Assembly: GCA_031417555.1 (NCBI GenBank) | Contig: JANOVV010000046.1 | Span: 6,725-70,724 of the forward strand | Length of the DNA: 64,000 bases | Direction of reading: 5' to 3' | Origin: Bacteroidota bacterium | GTDB lineage: Bacteria > Bacteroidota > Bacteroidia > AKYH767-A > 2013-40CM-41-45 | Part shown: positions 29,547 to 40,517 of the stretch, piece after piece | Layout of the letters: each line of letters opens with the position of its first letter | Position numbering within the stretch: position 1 is the stretch's first letter | The notes under the pieces: model-generated | Databases searched by the model: none | What the model was told of the DNA's origin: nothing | Seen by the model: only the letters and a program-made list of their open reading frames with translations | Made by a program: the position numbers and the translations under genes

Positions 29547-30179
29547 ATGGAATTAGCAATTGTAAATATATCCGGTAAAGAAACCGGGAAAAAGGTGAAG
29601 CTTAATGCTGACATCTTTAGCGTTGAGCCTAATGATCATGCAATCTATCTTGATTGTAAGCAGTATTTGGCTAATCAGCGTCAAGGAACTCATAAATCAA
29701 AAGAGCGTGCAGAAATATCACGTACAACGAAAAAACTTAAAAATCAAAAAGGAACCGGTGGAGCACGTGCAGGTTCAATGAAGTCACCATTGTTTGTCGG
29801 TGGTGGTCGTGTTTTTGGTCCTCGCCCGCGTGATTACTCTTTCAAATTGAATAAGAAATTAAAACATCTTGCTTGTCTTTCAGCATTAACTTATAAAGCA
29901 CAGGATAAAAGTATAATGATCGTAGAAAATTTTGTAATCAATGCACCAAAGACAAAAGACTATACAGCTATTCTGAAGAATCTGAATATATCAGATAAAA
30001 AGGTGCTTGTGGTTCTTCCTCAGCATGACAAGAACATTTATTTATCAGCGCGTAATTTAGATCGTAATAAAATAACAACAGCTTCTGAGCTGAACACGTA
30101 TGATGTGCTTAATGCACAACTTCTTGTTCTTGCAGAAGGTTGTGTACCAGTATTAGAAAACAGATTCTTAGCAAAATGA
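29547..30179 (+). CDS. rplD: 50S ribosomal protein L4
   Basis: [14 protein letters not shown] and QKGTGGAR.G are present. Position in the S10 operon supports the call. Confidence 0.95.
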   Translation: MELAIVNISGKETGKKVKLNADIFSVEPNDHAIYLDCKQYLANQRQGTHKSKERAEISRTTKKLKNQKGTGGARAGSMKSPLFVGGGRVFGPRPRDYSFKLNKKLKHLACLSALTYKAQDKSIMIVENFVINAPKTKDYTAILKNLNISDKKVLVVLPQHDKNIYLSARNLDRNKITTASELNTYDVLNAQLLVLAEGCVPVLENRFLAK

Positions 30180-30466
30180 GCATTCTGAAAAAACCCCTTA
30201 TCACTGAGAAGATGTCTAAAGCCGGAGAAAAGCTTGGACATTATGGATTCATAGTAGAATACAAGGCCAATAAGATCCAGATCAGGCAGGCCATAGAAAA
30301 AATGTACAACGTAACTGTTGAGCGGGTAAATACTATGTGTATACCTGGCAAGATCAGAACACGTCAGACAAAAAACAGCATGAGTAAAGGAACTACAGGT
30401 GCTTATAAAAAAGCAGTAGTTACTTTGAAAAAAGGCGAAACGATTGATTTTTATAGTAATATTTAA
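30176..30466 (+). CDS. rplW: 50S ribosomal protein L23
   Basis: [12 protein letters not shown] gives the family N-terminus. The ATGA overlaps the rplD stop. The track ORF from 30140 is an upstream over-extension. Confidence 0.92.
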   Translation: MSILKKPLITEKMSKAGEKLGHYGFIVEYKANKIQIRQAIEKMYNVTVERVNTMCIPGKIRTRQTKNSMSKGTTGAYKKAVVTLKKGETIDFYSNI

Positions 30467-30477
30467 TAGAAGAAGAC

Positions 30478-31299
30478 ATGGCAGTAAGAAAACTTCGTCC
30501 TATAACACCGAGTCAACGTCATACGATCGTTGATTCATACGACGATATTACAGCTTCAAAACCAGAAGCGTCACTTGTTGTAAAGAAGAAACGTTCCGGA
30601 GGTCGGAATAACGATGGTAAAATGACTATGCGTTATATCGGCGGAGGTCATAAGAAAAGATATCGTCTTATAGATTTCAAGCGTGAGAAACACGGTATTG
30701 ACGGAATAGTAAAGACAATAGAATACGATCCGAACCGTACTGCGAGAATTGCACTAATTTACTACAAAGACGGAGAGAAGCGATATATCGTAGCACCGAA
30801 TGGTTTAAAAGTCGGACAAAAAATTATGTCGGGCGATAGCGCTACACCGGAAGTTGGCAATACTATGTTTCTGAAAGATATTCCTCTGGGAACATTGATT
30901 CATAACATTGAAATGCGTCCGGGACAGGGTGGAGAGATTGCAAGAAGTGCAGGATCGTATGCTCAGTTAGCTAACCGTGATGGAAAATATGCAATTGTGA
31001 AAATGCCATCCGGTGAGACGCGTATGATTTTAATTACATGCCTTGCTACTATTGGAACTGTATCGAATGCAGATCATATTCAAGAGACTCTTGGTAAAGC
31101 GGGTCGTTCACGTTGGATGGGTCGTCGTCCGAGAGTAAGAGGTGTTGCGATGAATCCGGTTGATCACCCGATGGGTGGTGGAGAAGGACGTGCATCGGGA
31201 GGACATCCTCGTTCGCGTAAAGGATTACTTGCAAAAGGATTTAAAACGAGAAAGAATAAATCAACCGATAAATATATAATCGAAAGAAGAAAAAAATAA
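30478..31299 (+). CDS. rplB: 50S ribosomal protein L2
   Basis: [26 protein letters not shown]. Confidence 0.97.
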   Translation: MAVRKLRPITPSQRHTIVDSYDDITASKPEASLVVKKKRSGGRNNDGKMTMRYIGGGHKKRYRLIDFKREKHGIDGIVKTIEYDPNRTARIALIYYKDGEKRYIVAPNGLKVGQKIMSGDSATPEVGNTMFLKDIPLGTLIHNIEMRPGQGGEIARSAGSYAQLANRDGKYAIVKMPSGETRMILITCLATIGTVSNADHIQETLGKAGRSRWMGRRPRVRGVAMNPVDHPMGGGEGRASGGHPRSRKGLLAKGFKTRKNKSTDKYIIERRKK

Positions 31300-31345
31300 T
31301 CTAATGTAAAGACGCATATCAATGCGCCTCAACAAAAAAAAATAA

Positions 31346-31618
31346 ATGGCACGTTCACTAAAAAAAGGTCCTTACATCGCTCATCATCTTTTAAAGAAGA
31401 TGGAAAAGATTGGTGACAATAAAAAGAAAACTGTAATCAAAACATGGTCACGTAGTTCGATGATTGCACCGGATTTCGTAGGACAGACATTTGCAGTTCA
31501 TAATGGAAATAAATTTATTCCAGTTTATGTAACCGAAAATATGGTTGGACATAAACTTGGAGAATTCGCACCAACTCGTACGTTCCGTGGTCATAGCGGA
31601 AGCCGTACAGCATCATAA
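31346..31618 (+). CDS. rpsS: 30S ribosomal protein S19
   Basis: ARSLKKGPY and [27 protein letters not shown]. Confidence 0.97.
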   Translation: MARSLKKGPYIAHHLLKKMEKIGDNKKKTVIKTWSRSSMIAPDFVGQTFAVHNGNKFIPVYVTENMVGHKLGEFAPTRTFRGHSGSRTAS

Positions 31619-31632
31619 ATATCAGTAAAGAC

Positions 31633-32088
31633 ATGGGAGTCAGAAAAAGATTAGCTGCAGAAAAGCGCAAAGAAATAATTAAGACAACAGCAATTGCAAG
31701 AAACGTTGCTGTGCCTACATCACCTCGTAAAACCAGAGTTGTTGCTGATTTAATCCGCGGCATGGAAGTTATGCAGGCGATGAATATTCTTCGTTACAAT
31801 GCAAAGAAGGCACCGGCAGCACGCCTCGAGAAATTACTTCAATCGGCTATTTCCAATTGGGAATCTAAAAGTGGAGAGAAGATCGATGAAGGAGCAGTTT
31901 ATGTTAAAACAATAGCAGTTGACAGCGGAAGAATGTTAAAGAGACTTCGACCGGCTCCTCAGGGACGCGGTCATCGTATCCGTAAGCGTTCGAATCATGT
32001 CACAATTATTCTTGACATTCTTGCGAATCGTAATAAGAAAAATGTAAATGCTGAAGTATCAGCAGAAGAAACAAATACAGAAGCATAA
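31633..32088 (+). CDS. rplV: 50S ribosomal protein L22 (with a short C-terminal extension)
   Basis: SPRKTRVVADLIRG and RPAPQGRGHRIRKRSNHVTI. Confidence 0.95.
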   Translation: MGVRKRLAAEKRKEIIKTTAIARNVAVPTSPRKTRVVADLIRGMEVMQAMNILRYNAKKAPAARLEKLLQSAISNWESKSGEKIDEGAVYVKTIAVDSGRMLKRLRPAPQGRGHRIRKRSNHVTIILDILANRNKKNVNAEVSAEETNTEA

Positions 32089-32111
32089 CATCTAAAAAAA
32101 TAAAATCTTCA

Positions 32112-32127
32112 TCAGCCAGCTGGCTGA
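32112..32127. repeat. 16-nt perfect palindrome tcagccagctggctga in the rplV-rpsC spacer
   Basis: Read directly from the sequence. Confidence 0.85.
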
Positions 32128-32142
32128 CCAAAGGAAAAAACG

Positions 32143-33006
32143 ATGGGACAAAAAGCAAATGCGATAGGTAACAGATTAGGAATCATTAGAGGATGGGATT
32201 CAAACTGGTATGGCGGAAGAAATTATGCCGACAAACTGGTAGAAGATGAAAAGATCCGCAAATATTTAATGGCGCGTCTTTTAAAAGGCGGTGTTTCCAA
32301 GATTGTTATTGAGCGTACTCTTAAACTTATTACTGTTACTGTTCATACAGCCCGTCCGGGTATTGTTATCGGAAAGGGAGGACAAGAAGTAGATAAGTTG
32401 AAAGAAGAAATCAAAAAACTTACAAAGAAAGATGTTCAGATAAATATATTCGAGATTAAGCGTCCGGAGTTGGATGCGCAGCTTGTGGGAGATGGAATAG
32501 CACGTCAGATAGAAGCTCGTATTTCTTTTCGCCGTGCAGCAAAGATGGCCATAGCATCAACGATGCGAATGGGAGCAGATGGAGTTCGTATAAAAGTATC
32601 AGGAAGACTAGGCGGCGCAGAGATGGCCCGTACAGAAGGATATAAAGATGGCCGCGTTCCATTACATACATTCCGTGCAGATATTGATTTTTCAATTTCA
32701 GAAGCACAAACATCATATGGAAAAATCGGGATTAAAGTCTGGATTTGTAAAGGAGAAGTTTATGGTAAGAGAGATTTATCACCAAATATAGGAACTACAG
32801 CAACAGGTGCAGGAGCCAAAGGATTTACCGGTGGTCGTGAAAGAGGAGAAAGAAATGAAAGAGGCGGAGGAGATCGTGGTGGTCGTGGTGGAGCTGGTGG
32901 ACGTGGCCGTAGTGGTGGAGCAGGAGGAAGAGGCGGACAGGGTAGTGGCGGTGGACAAAGTGGTGGTGGTGGAGGAAATCGCGGTGGAGGCGGAGGAAGA
33001 CGGTAG
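32143..33006 (+). CDS. rpsC: 30S ribosomal protein S3 with a ~65-aa C-terminal Gly/Arg-rich (RGG-like) tail
   Basis: It has [13 protein letters not shown], a KH domain and [10 protein letters not shown]. The tail is [58 protein letters not shown]. Confidence 0.95.
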   Translation: MGQKANAIGNRLGIIRGWDSNWYGGRNYADKLVEDEKIRKYLMARLLKGGVSKIVIERTLKLITVTVHTARPGIVIGKGGQEVDKLKEEIKKLTKKDVQINIFEIKRPELDAQLVGDGIARQIEARISFRRAAKMAIASTMRMGADGVRIKVSGRLGGAEMARTEGYKDGRVPLHTFRADIDFSISEAQTSYGKIGIKVWICKGEVYGKRDLSPNIGTTATGAGAKGFTGGRERGERNERGGGDRGGRGGAGGRGRSGGAGGRGGQGSGGGQSGGGGGNRGGGGGRR

Positions 33007-33015
33007 GACGCTTGG

Positions 33016-33066
33016 ACGAGTAGACGAGAACACGATTTAGACTAGAACACGAGTAGACGAGAACAC
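33016..33066 (+). repeat. 18-nt direct repeat acgagtagacgagaacac, two copies (33016-33033 and 33049-33066), in the rpsC-rplP spacer
   Basis: Read directly from the sequence. The period is 33 nt and the region is also 7-nt periodic. Confidence 0.8.
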
Positions 33067-33102
33067 TAGCAAAAGTAAAACAACAAATAAGAATACAAAA
33101 AA

Positions 33103-33525
33103 ATGTTACAGCCGAAGAGAACGAAATTCAGAAAACAGCATAAGATGGTTCCAAAGGGAAATGCTACCAGGGGACATGAACTTTCATTTGGTTCTTTTGG
33201 AATCAAGTCTCTTGAGATTGGTTGGATTCCCAGTAAACAAATTGAAGCAGCTCGTGTTGCTGTTACGCGTTTCATGAAGCGTGAAGGACAGATCTGGGTA
33301 CGTATATTTCCGGATAAACCGATTACGAAAAAGCCGGCTGAAGTGAGGATGGGAAAAGGAAAAGGTAGCCCGGAATATTGGGTTGCAGTTGTAAAGCCTG
33401 GAACGATCATCTTTGAAGCAGAAGGTGTAACAGAGCTGGTTGCGCGGGAAGCACTCCGACTAGCAGCGCAGAAATTATCAGTAAGTACAAAGTTTATAAA
33501 GCGCAGAGACTACAGCGCATCATGA
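33103..33525 (+). CDS. rplP: 50S ribosomal protein L16
   Basis: [14 protein letters not shown] and [19 protein letters not shown]. Confidence 0.97.
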   Translation: MLQPKRTKFRKQHKMVPKGNATRGHELSFGSFGIKSLEIGWIPSKQIEAARVAVTRFMKREGQIWVRIFPDKPITKKPAEVRMGKGKGSPEYWVAVVKPGTIIFEAEGVTELVAREALRLAAQKLSVSTKFIKRRDYSAS

Positions 33526-33556
33526 TCGGAATTGTATAAAGAATAAAGCTGAACCA

Positions 33557-33769
33557 ATGAAAAAAGAAGATATAATAGAACTAACGACAGTAGAGTTAAC
33601 ACTCAGACTGCAAGAGGAAAAAACCATGTATTCAAAATTAATTTTGAATCATGCGATTTCTCCGATAGAAAATCCAATGAAAATCCGAAACACCCGTCGT
33701 GGTATTGCGATGATCCATACAGAGCTGACCAGACGTCAGAGATCTGAATCAGTAAAAAATCAAGCATGA
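33557..33769 (+). CDS. rpmC: 50S ribosomal protein L29
   Basis: 70 aa, helical, positioned between rplP and rpsQ. Confidence 0.9.
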   Translation: MKKEDIIELTTVELTLRLQEEKTMYSKLILNHAISPIENPMKIRNTRRGIAMIHTELTRRQRSESVKNQA

Positions 33770-34053
33770 TCAGTACAATGGAAAATTCAACAACAACAGA
33801 AAAGCGCGGACTGCGCAAAGAAAGAACAGGCGTAGTTGTCAGTACCAAAATGAATAAAAGCATTGTGGTTGCTGTAGAACGTAAAGTGAAACATGCCAAA
33901 TATGGTAAGTTTATAAAACTTACTACAAAGTTCATGGCTCATGATGAAAAAAACGAGTGTGGAGAAGGTGATCTGGTATTAATTGCCGAAACCCGTCCGA
34001 TCAGCAAGAACAAGTGCTGGAGGATGAAACAAATAATTGAAAAAGCAAAATAA
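33766..34053 (+). CDS. rpsQ: 30S ribosomal protein S17
   Basis: [22 protein letters not shown] pattern. The ATGA overlaps the rpmC stop. Confidence 0.93.
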   Translation: MISTMENSTTTEKRGLRKERTGVVVSTKMNKSIVVAVERKVKHAKYGKFIKLTTKFMAHDEKNECGEGDLVLIAETRPISKNKCWRMKQIIEKAK

Positions 34054-34111
34054 ATTTCTTTTGCCATTTGGCGGAGAAGAATAATTTATAAACGAATAAT
34101 ATTACAGAGAG

Positions 34112-34480
34112 ATGATACAGCAAGAATCAAGATGCGTGGTAGCTGATAACAGCGGGGCTAAAGAAGTTCTTTGCATTCGCGTACTTGGAGGTACTCGTAA
34201 AAAATATGCAAGTGTCGGCGATAAGATTGTCGTTACTGTAAAACACGCCCTTCCTTCAGGTAATATTAAAAAAGGAACCGTATCAAAGGCAGTTGTGGTG
34301 CGTACTAAAAAAGAAGTAAAGCGTTCGGATGGATCATATATCCGTTTCGATGATAATGCTGTTGTTCTTCTTACAGCTCAGGATGAATTACGGGGTACTC
34401 GTATTTTCGGACCTGTTGCGCGTGAGTTAAGAGAAAAACAGTTTATGAAAATTATTTCGCTTGCCCCTGAAGTACTTTAA
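34112..34480 (+). CDS. rplN: 50S ribosomal protein L14
   Basis: [17 protein letters not shown] and [10 protein letters not shown]. Confidence 0.97.
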   Translation: MIQQESRCVVADNSGAKEVLCIRVLGGTRKKYASVGDKIVVTVKHALPSGNIKKGTVSKAVVVRTKKEVKRSDGSYIRFDDNAVVLLTAQDELRGTRIFGPVARELREKQFMKIISLAPEVL

Positions 34481-34488
34481 CGAGATTA

Positions 34489-34506
34489 CGTGTACACGTG
34501 TACACG
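34489..34506. repeat. 18-nt perfect palindrome cgtgtacacgtgtacacg, copy 2
   Basis: It starts 9 nt after the rplN stop and is identical to 26148-26165. Confidence 0.9.
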
Positions 34507-34535
34507 ATTAAAATAGTAAAGAACACTTAGTTACA

Positions 34536-34871
34536 ATGGAAAGAAAATATAACAAACAACCAAAGCTTAACCTGCGCAAAGGAGATATTGTAAAGGTTAT
34601 TGCCGGTGATTCGAAAGGATCGCAAGGCCGTGTGCTAGAGGTGTTACGCGAAAAGCGAAAAGTGCTTGTAGAAGGAGTGAATCTGGTTAGCAAGCATACG
34701 AAGCCAAATGCAAAACAAACTCAGGGAGGCATTATTAAAAAAGAAGCACACATACATATTTCCAATGTTTTATTGGTCGACGGTAAAGGAAATGCTACCC
34801 GTGTCGGACGTAAAATGGAAGATGGAAATTTAGTTCGATATTCTAAAAAGTCAGAGGAGGTAATCAAATAA
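34536..34871 (+). CDS. rplX: 50S ribosomal protein L24
   Basis: The KOW motif KGD.V.VIAG..KG..G.V is present. Position in the spc operon supports the call. Confidence 0.95.
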   Translation: MERKYNKQPKLNLRKGDIVKVIAGDSKGSQGRVLEVLREKRKVLVEGVNLVSKHTKPNAKQTQGGIIKKEAHIHISNVLLVDGKGNATRVGRKMEDGNLVRYSKKSEEVIK

Positions 34872-35422
34872 TGGCATACGTTCCAAGATTAAAAGAGAAG
34901 TACACCAAGGAAGTTGTACCGGCTCTTTCGAAAAAATTTAATTATAAGAGTTCAATGCAGGTTCCACGCTTTCTTAAAATATGCATTAACCAGGGTGTTG
35001 GTGATGCGGTAAGCGATAAGAAACTGATTGAATCAGCGATCAATGAGATGACAATGGTTACCGGACAAAAGGCCGTTTCTGTAAAGTCGAAGAAAGATAT
35101 TTCGAATTTTAAGTTACGTGTTGATGTACCGATTGGAGTTCGTGTTACACTAAGAGATGTAAACATGTATGAATTCCTTGACCGGTTAATATCTGTGTCT
35201 TTACCACGTATCCGTGATTTTCGCGGAATCAATCCAAAAGGATTTGATGGAAGTGGAAATTATACATTGGGAGTTACTGAACAAATCATTTTTCCGGAAA
35301 TCGATATTGACAAAGTTGGTAAGGTTACGGGAATGGATATAACATTTGTAACATCTGCAAAAACGGATGAAGAAGCGATGGAATTAATGAAGGAATTCGG
35401 ACTACCATTCAAAACAAATTAA
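34871..35422 (+). CDS. rplE: 50S ribosomal protein L5
   Basis: [29 protein letters not shown]. Confidence 0.97.
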   Translation: MAYVPRLKEKYTKEVVPALSKKFNYKSSMQVPRFLKICINQGVGDAVSDKKLIESAINEMTMVTGQKAVSVKSKKDISNFKLRVDVPIGVRVTLRDVNMYEFLDRLISVSLPRIRDFRGINPKGFDGSGNYTLGVTEQIIFPEIDIDKVGKVTGMDITFVTSAKTDEEAMELMKEFGLPFKTN

Positions 35423-35443
35423 TAAAAGCAAAAAGAAAGTAAC

Positions 35444-35713
35444 ATGGCAAAAGAATCAATGAAGGCTAGAGAAGTGAAACGAGCTCAAATGACCGCACGT
35501 TATGCCGCAAAGCGCAAAGCACTAAAGGCTGCCGGTGATTATGAAGCGCTTGATAAACTTCCAAAAAATGCCTCGCCTGTTCGCAAACATAACCGTTGCA
35601 AACTTACAGGAAGACCTCGCGGCTACATGCGTACGTTCGGGATATCCCGAAATGTATTTCGTTTGATGGCACTTAATGGAAAAATCCCAGGAGTAACAAA
35701 AGCCAGTTGGTAA
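35444..35713 (+). CDS. rpsN: 30S ribosomal protein S14 (long, zinc-independent type)
   Basis: 89 aa with RNRC..TGRPRGY.R.FG.SR...R pattern. Confidence 0.95.
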   Translation: MAKESMKAREVKRAQMTARYAAKRKALKAAGDYEALDKLPKNASPVRKHNRCKLTGRPRGYMRTFGISRNVFRLMALNGKIPGVTKASW

Positions 35714-35753
35714 ATAATTAATAGATAACAAGGACAAGTATAATATAACAACA

Positions 35754-36149
35754 ATGACAGATCCTATTGCAGACTTCATTACACGTATTCGGAATGCAGT
35801 AAAAGCTAATCATCGCATAGTGCAGGTGCCTGCTTCGAATCTTAAGAAGGAAATGACTAAAATTTTAAAAGAGAAAGGATATATTCTCGATTATAAATTT
35901 GATGACGACAGTAAACAAGGCCTCATAAAGATTGCCTTGAAATATCATCCTGTAACCAAGGTGCCGGCTATTCGTAATCTTACGCGTATAAGCAAACCGG
36001 GTTTACGTAAATATGCGGGCATTGAAACTATGCCTCGCGTACTCAACGGCTTGGGGATTGCAATCCTGTCAACATCGAAAGGCGTGATGACTGATAAAGA
36101 AGCCAAGCAGGAAAAAGTTGGCGGCGAAGTGCTATGTTATGTTTATTAA
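35754..36149 (+). CDS. rpsH: 30S ribosomal protein S8
   Basis: [14 protein letters not shown] and GGEVLCYVY. Confidence 0.97.
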   Translation: MTDPIADFITRIRNAVKANHRIVQVPASNLKKEMTKILKEKGYILDYKFDDDSKQGLIKIALKYHPVTKVPAIRNLTRISKPGLRKYAGIETMPRVLNGLGIAILSTSKGVMTDKEAKQEKVGGEVLCYVY

Positions 36150-36170
36150 TCTTAAAATAGAGAAAGACAG

Positions 36171-36725
36171 ATGTCACGTATAGGAAAATTACCAATTACA
36201 CTACCCGCTAAAGTTGACGTAAAAGTTACCGGCGATACAATTAGTGTTAAAGGTCCGAAAGGAGAACTTTCGCAGAAATTAGTAGGAGGGATCTCTTTAA
36301 ATATTGATGGTAGTACCATTACTCTTGAAAGAGCTTCTGAATCGAAGAGTCATCGTGCCCTTCATGGTTTATATCGTTCATTGGTATATAACATGATTGT
36401 TGGTGTATCGCAAGGCTTTAAAAAAGAACAAGAACTCGTGGGTGTGGGATATAAAGCCAGTAACCAGGGTCAGCTTTTAGATCTTGTTTTAGGATACTCT
36501 CATCATTTTATTTTTGAATTACCATCTGAAATAAAAGTGACCACGAAGCAGGACAAAGGAGGAAATCCTACAATCATTATGGAAAGCATAGACAAACAAT
36601 TACTTGGTGCAGTTGCAGCAAAAATTCGTTCGTTACGTGCCCCAGAACCATACAAAGGAAAAGGAATTAAATTTACAGGTGAGGTACTAAGAAGGAAAGC
36701 CGGTAAATCAGCAGCTAAAAAATAA
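36171..36725 (+). CDS. rplF: 50S ribosomal protein L6
   Basis: MSRIGKLPI and PEPYKGKGIKF. Confidence 0.97.
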   Translation: MSRIGKLPITLPAKVDVKVTGDTISVKGPKGELSQKLVGGISLNIDGSTITLERASESKSHRALHGLYRSLVYNMIVGVSQGFKKEQELVGVGYKASNQGQLLDLVLGYSHHFIFELPSEIKVTTKQDKGGNPTIIMESIDKQLLGAVAAKIRSLRAPEPYKGKGIKFTGEVLRRKAGKSAAKK

Positions 36726-36732
36726 TTGAATC

Positions 36733-37086
36733 ATGTTAAGAAAACAGCTCCGTAGAAAAAGCATTCGTACCCGTATCCGTAAGGTGATAAAAGGAACAGC
36801 AGAACGTCCCCGTTTATCAGTATTCCGTAGCAATAAGCAAATTTATGCTCAGCTTATTGATGATCTGAACGGTGTAACCATTGCAGCTTCATCATCATCA
36901 ACAAAAGAATTTGAAGCGATGAAAGCAAAAAAAGTTGATATCGCTAAAGAAGTAGGAAAGTCTATTGCTACTAAAGCAAGTCAAAGCGGTATAAGTTCTG
37001 TAATATTTGACCGTGGAGGTTATCTCTATCATGGCAGAGTGAAAGCATTAGCAGAAGGTGCACGTGAAGCAGGACTAAAATTTTAA
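36733..37086 (+). CDS. rplR: 50S ribosomal protein L18
   Basis: [19 protein letters not shown] and [26 protein letters not shown]. Confidence 0.97.
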   Translation: MLRKQLRRKSIRTRIRKVIKGTAERPRLSVFRSNKQIYAQLIDDLNGVTIAASSSSTKEFEAMKAKKVDIAKEVGKSIATKASQSGISSVIFDRGGYLYHGRVKALAEGAREAGLKF

Positions 37087-37117
37087 TTAACAGAAACAAC
37101 TCTTACCCGAAAGTAAT

Positions 37118-37636
37118 ATGTCAGAAACAAATGTAAAGAGAGTTAAATCAAGCGAGATCGAACTTAAAGATCGTCTTGTAACGGTTAACCGAGTAACGAA
37201 AGTTACAAAAGGAGGACGTGCCTTTAGTTTTGCAGCTATTGTTGTAGTAGGCGATGAGACCGGCGTTGTTGGTCACGGATTAGGCAAAGCGAAAGAAGTA
37301 GCAGATGCAGTTCAAAAAGGAATTGATGATGCGAAAAAGAATTTAGTGAAGGTTCCAGTTTTGAAAGGAACAGTTCCTCACGAATCGTACGGAAAATTCG
37401 GCGGAGCTTTGGTATTTCTGAAGCCTGCTGCACCCGGTACCGGTGTAATTGCCGGCGGTGCCATGCGTGCTGTTCTTGAGAGCGTTGGTATTCATGATGT
37501 GCTTGCAAAATCAAAAGGAAGTTCAAACCCACACAACGTTGTAAAAGCTACCATCGATGCGCTTCTTCGTATGCGCGATCCGGCTACAGTTGCACAACAT
37601 CGTGGAATTAAAATGACAAAAGTATTCAACGGCTAA
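37118..37636 (+). CDS. rpsE: 30S ribosomal protein S5
   Basis: [21 protein letters not shown] and [15 protein letters not shown]. Confidence 0.97.
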   Translation: MSETNVKRVKSSEIELKDRLVTVNRVTKVTKGGRAFSFAAIVVVGDETGVVGHGLGKAKEVADAVQKGIDDAKKNLVKVPVLKGTVPHESYGKFGGALVFLKPAAPGTGVIAGGAMRAVLESVGIHDVLAKSKGSSNPHNVVKATIDALLRMRDPATVAQHRGIKMTKVFNG

Positions 37637-37659
37637 TTAGCCTTTAATGATAATAAGAT

Positions 37660-37839
37660 ATGGCAAAAGTTAAAATCACACTTGTCAAAAGTGGCATAGA
37701 CCGCCCGGAAAGGCAGAAGAGTACGTTGAGAGCATTAGGTCTTAGAAAAATGCATCATACAGTTGAAAAGGAACTTACTCCACAGATCAAAGGAATGATC
37801 AATAAAGTAGTACACCTTGTAGTTGTAAAAGAAAGTTAA
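37660..37839 (+). CDS. rpmD: 50S ribosomal protein L30
   Basis: Hand translation gives [59 protein letters not shown] (59 aa). This is below the track's length cut-off. The position between rpsE and rplO is as expected. Confidence 0.9.
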   Translation: MAKVKITLVKSGIDRPERQKSTLRALGLRKMHHTVEKELTPQIKGMINKVVHLVVVKES

Positions 37840-37870
37840 ACAAGATTAATTTAGATCAGATATTTCAATC

Positions 37871-38317
37871 ATGAACTTATCATCACTTAGACCTGCGAAA
37901 GGTTCAGTAAAAGATACCAAACGAATCGGACGCGGTACCGGTTCAGGTAAAGGCGGAACATCTACGCGTGGACACAAAGGTGCACAATCACGTTCCGGTT
38001 ATTCTTCAAAGCGTGGCTTCGAAGGAGGTCAAATGCCTTTGCAAAGACGTTTGCCGAAATTTGGATTTAAGAATCCTTTCCGTATAGAATATCATGGAAT
38101 TAATCTCGATACTTTACAAGCGTTAGCTGAATCGAAAAAAATTACAAACATTGATATTAAAGTATTGGTCGAAAACGGCCTTGCTCAGAAAAAAGAACGA
38201 ATCAAAATCCTTGGAAGAGGTGAATTGAAATCAAAGCTGGATGTAGTAGCGCATGCGTTTTCAACATCAGCGAAAGAAGCAATTGAAGCCAAAGGAGGAA
38301 GCATTTCTACCATCTAA
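37871..38317 (+). CDS. rplO: 50S ribosomal protein L15
   Basis: GRGTGSGKGGTSTRGHKGQ and FEGGQMPL.RRLPK.GF. Confidence 0.97.
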   Translation: MNLSSLRPAKGSVKDTKRIGRGTGSGKGGTSTRGHKGAQSRSGYSSKRGFEGGQMPLQRRLPKFGFKNPFRIEYHGINLDTLQALAESKKITNIDIKVLVENGLAQKKERIKILGRGELKSKLDVVAHAFSTSAKEAIEAKGGSISTI

Positions 38318-38325
38318 GCTAAACT

Positions 38326-39687
38326 ATGAAAAACCTCATCCAGACAATACGAAATATATTTAAGATCGAAGATCTGAGAGTTCGTATTCTCAATACTCTC
38401 CTTTTTCTTTTAATCTACCGTTTAGGTACTCATATTGTTTTACCTGGCGTTGATCCGGAGCAATTAGCGAATCTTCAGAATCAAACTTCCGGTGGAGTTC
38501 TAGGTTTACTTGATATGTTTTCAGGTGGAGCATTTTCTCACTCTTCTATTTTTGCATTAGGAATCATGCCATACATTTCGGCATCCATTGTAATACAGCT
38601 TTTAAGTATTGCAATTCCTTATTTTCAAAAGTTACAGAAAGAAGGCGAAAGCGGTAGAAAACGAATCAATAATATTACACGTTGGCTGACAGTAATTATC
38701 ACTGCATTTCAGGCTCCCGGGTATATTGTTAACTTAAGATCACAGGTGCCGGGTGCAATTATTTCTGTTACAAATCCTGAAATAGTTTCTCCGTTTACTT
38801 TTTGGTTTACATCCATCGTTATTCTTGTAGCCGGAACCATATTCGTTATGTGGCTTGGTGAAAAGATTACCGACAAAGGCATAGGAAATGGTATTTCACT
38901 CATTATCATGATTGGAATTATTGCACGTCTCCCATCGGCATTGAAAGATGAAGTTCTTTCACGAGCTAATTCGAATGGCGGAATGGTTGTTTTACTGTTA
39001 GAACTTGTTGCGCTGGGAGGGGTGATTGCTTTGGTAATATTGCTCGTCCAGGGTACCCGAAGAATTCCGGTAAACTTTGCAAAGAAAATAGTTGGTAATA
39101 AACAATATGGCGGAGTTCGTCAATACATTCCTCTGAAAGTAAATGCTGCCGGTGTAATGCCAATCATCTTCGCTCAGGCGATTATGTTTATTCCAGCAAC
39201 AATTGCTCAGTTCTTTCCTGATGCAAGTGCATCTCAGGGAATTCTGACAACTTTTGGAAACTTCGCATCGTTCTGGTATAATTTTGTTTTTGCCACACTG
39301 ATAATTCTCTTCACATACTTCTATACGGCTATTGCGGTTAATCCAAATCAAATGGCTGATGATATGAAGAGAAATAATGGCTTTATACCCGGAGTAAAAC
39401 CAGGTCGTAGTACTGCAGATTTCATCGATGATGTAATGTCTCGCATAACTTTACCGGGAGCAATTTTCCTGGCATTAATTGCAATCATGCCAACATTTGC
39501 TTTACTATTAAATATTAACAACAACTTCGCTCAATTCTATGGAGGGACATCTCTCCTTATCCTTGTGGGTGTTGTTCTAGATACTCTTCAACAAATTGAA
39601 AGCCATTTATTGATGCGTCATTACGATGGATTAATGAAAAGCGGAAGAATTAAAGGAAGAAATACACAAGTGGCTTCAGCTGTTTAA
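38326..39687 (+). CDS. secY: preprotein translocase subunit SecY
   Basis: 453 aa with 10 TM segments, GIMPYISASI, and a conserved position after rplO. Confidence 0.95.
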   Translation: MKNLIQTIRNIFKIEDLRVRILNTLLFLLIYRLGTHIVLPGVDPEQLANLQNQTSGGVLGLLDMFSGGAFSHSSIFALGIMPYISASIVIQLLSIAIPYFQKLQKEGESGRKRINNITRWLTVIITAFQAPGYIVNLRSQVPGAIISVTNPEIVSPFTFWFTSIVILVAGTIFVMWLGEKITDKGIGNGISLIIMIGIIARLPSALKDEVLSRANSNGGMVVLLLELVALGGVIALVILLVQGTRRIPVNFAKKIVGNKQYGGVRQYIPLKVNAAGVMPIIFAQAIMFIPATIAQFFPDASASQGILTTFGNFASFWYNFVFATLIILFTYFYTAIAVNPNQMADDMKRNNGFIPGVKPGRSTADFIDDVMSRITLPGAIFLALIAIMPTFALLLNINNNFAQFYGGTSLLILVGVVLDTLQQIESHLLMRHYDGLMKSGRIKGRNTQVASAV

Positions 39688-39717
39688 AATCAGATATGTC
39701 TATACTAAAAACGACGG

Positions 39718-40515
39718 ATGCTGTATTATAAAACAAATGAAGAGATTGAATTAATTAGGGAAAGTTCTTTGCTTGTTGCCAAAACCCTTGCTGAAGTGGC
39801 GAAAGTCATTAGGCCGGGTATTACCACTCTGAAACTCGATCGTTTAGCCGAAGAGTTTGCCAGAGATAATAATGCAGTGCCTGCATTTTTGAATTACAAT
39901 GGATTTCCAAATTCCGTTTGTATTTCAGTAAATGCACAAGTGGTGCATGGAATTCCAAACAATACGGAATTAAAAGATGGTGATATCTGTTCAGTTGACT
40001 TCGGTATTCTGAAAAATGGTTTTTATGGAGATTCGGCCTATACATTTGCCATCGGCGATGTAAAGCCCGAGACCTTAAAACTATTAAGGATTACAAAGGA
40101 ATCTTTGTATAAAGGACTTGAAAAAGCGGTATCGGGATACCGGTTGGGTGATATCAGTTATGCGATTCAGGAGCATGCAGAAAAAAATGGTTTTTCTGTC
40201 GTAAGAGAACTTGTCGGTCATGGAATCGGACGTCACTTACATGAAAAACCGGAAGTTCCTAATTATGGAAAAGCGGGAAGTGGAATGGTGTTGAAAGAAG
40301 GATTAGTCATAGCAATAGAGCCAATGATTAATATGGGAGGAAAAGCAGTGGTTCACGAGAAAGATGGTTGGACAGTTCGGACAGCAGATAAATTACCTTC
40401 CGCTCATTTCGAACATACAGTGGCAATAAAAAAAGGTGAGGTGGATATTCTGAGTTCATTTAAATATATAGAAGAAATTTTAAAAGATAATATAAATACA
40501 AAAGTCAGTTACTAA
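39718..40515 (+). CDS. map: type I methionine aminopeptidase
   Basis: VHGIP, the D..G..GD metal ligands, GHGIG..LHE.P and EPM motifs are present. Confidence 0.95.
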   Translation: MLYYKTNEEIELIRESSLLVAKTLAEVAKVIRPGITTLKLDRLAEEFARDNNAVPAFLNYNGFPNSVCISVNAQVVHGIPNNTELKDGDICSVDFGILKNGFYGDSAYTFAIGDVKPETLKLLRITKESLYKGLEKAVSGYRLGDISYAIQEHAEKNGFSVVRELVGHGIGRHLHEKPEVPNYGKAGSGMVLKEGLVIAIEPMINMGGKAVVHEKDGWTVRTADKLPSAHFEHTVAIKKGEVDILSSFKYIEEILKDNINTKVSY

Positions 40516-40517
40516 GA

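Noticed and set aside
32779-33040. ORFs 32779-33033 (-) and 32807-33040 (+) over the 3' end of rpsC
   Set aside because: They are artefacts of the GGN-repeat DNA encoding the S3 Gly/Arg tail. They translate to low-complexity S/T/A or V/E runs and lie within a well-supported gene.
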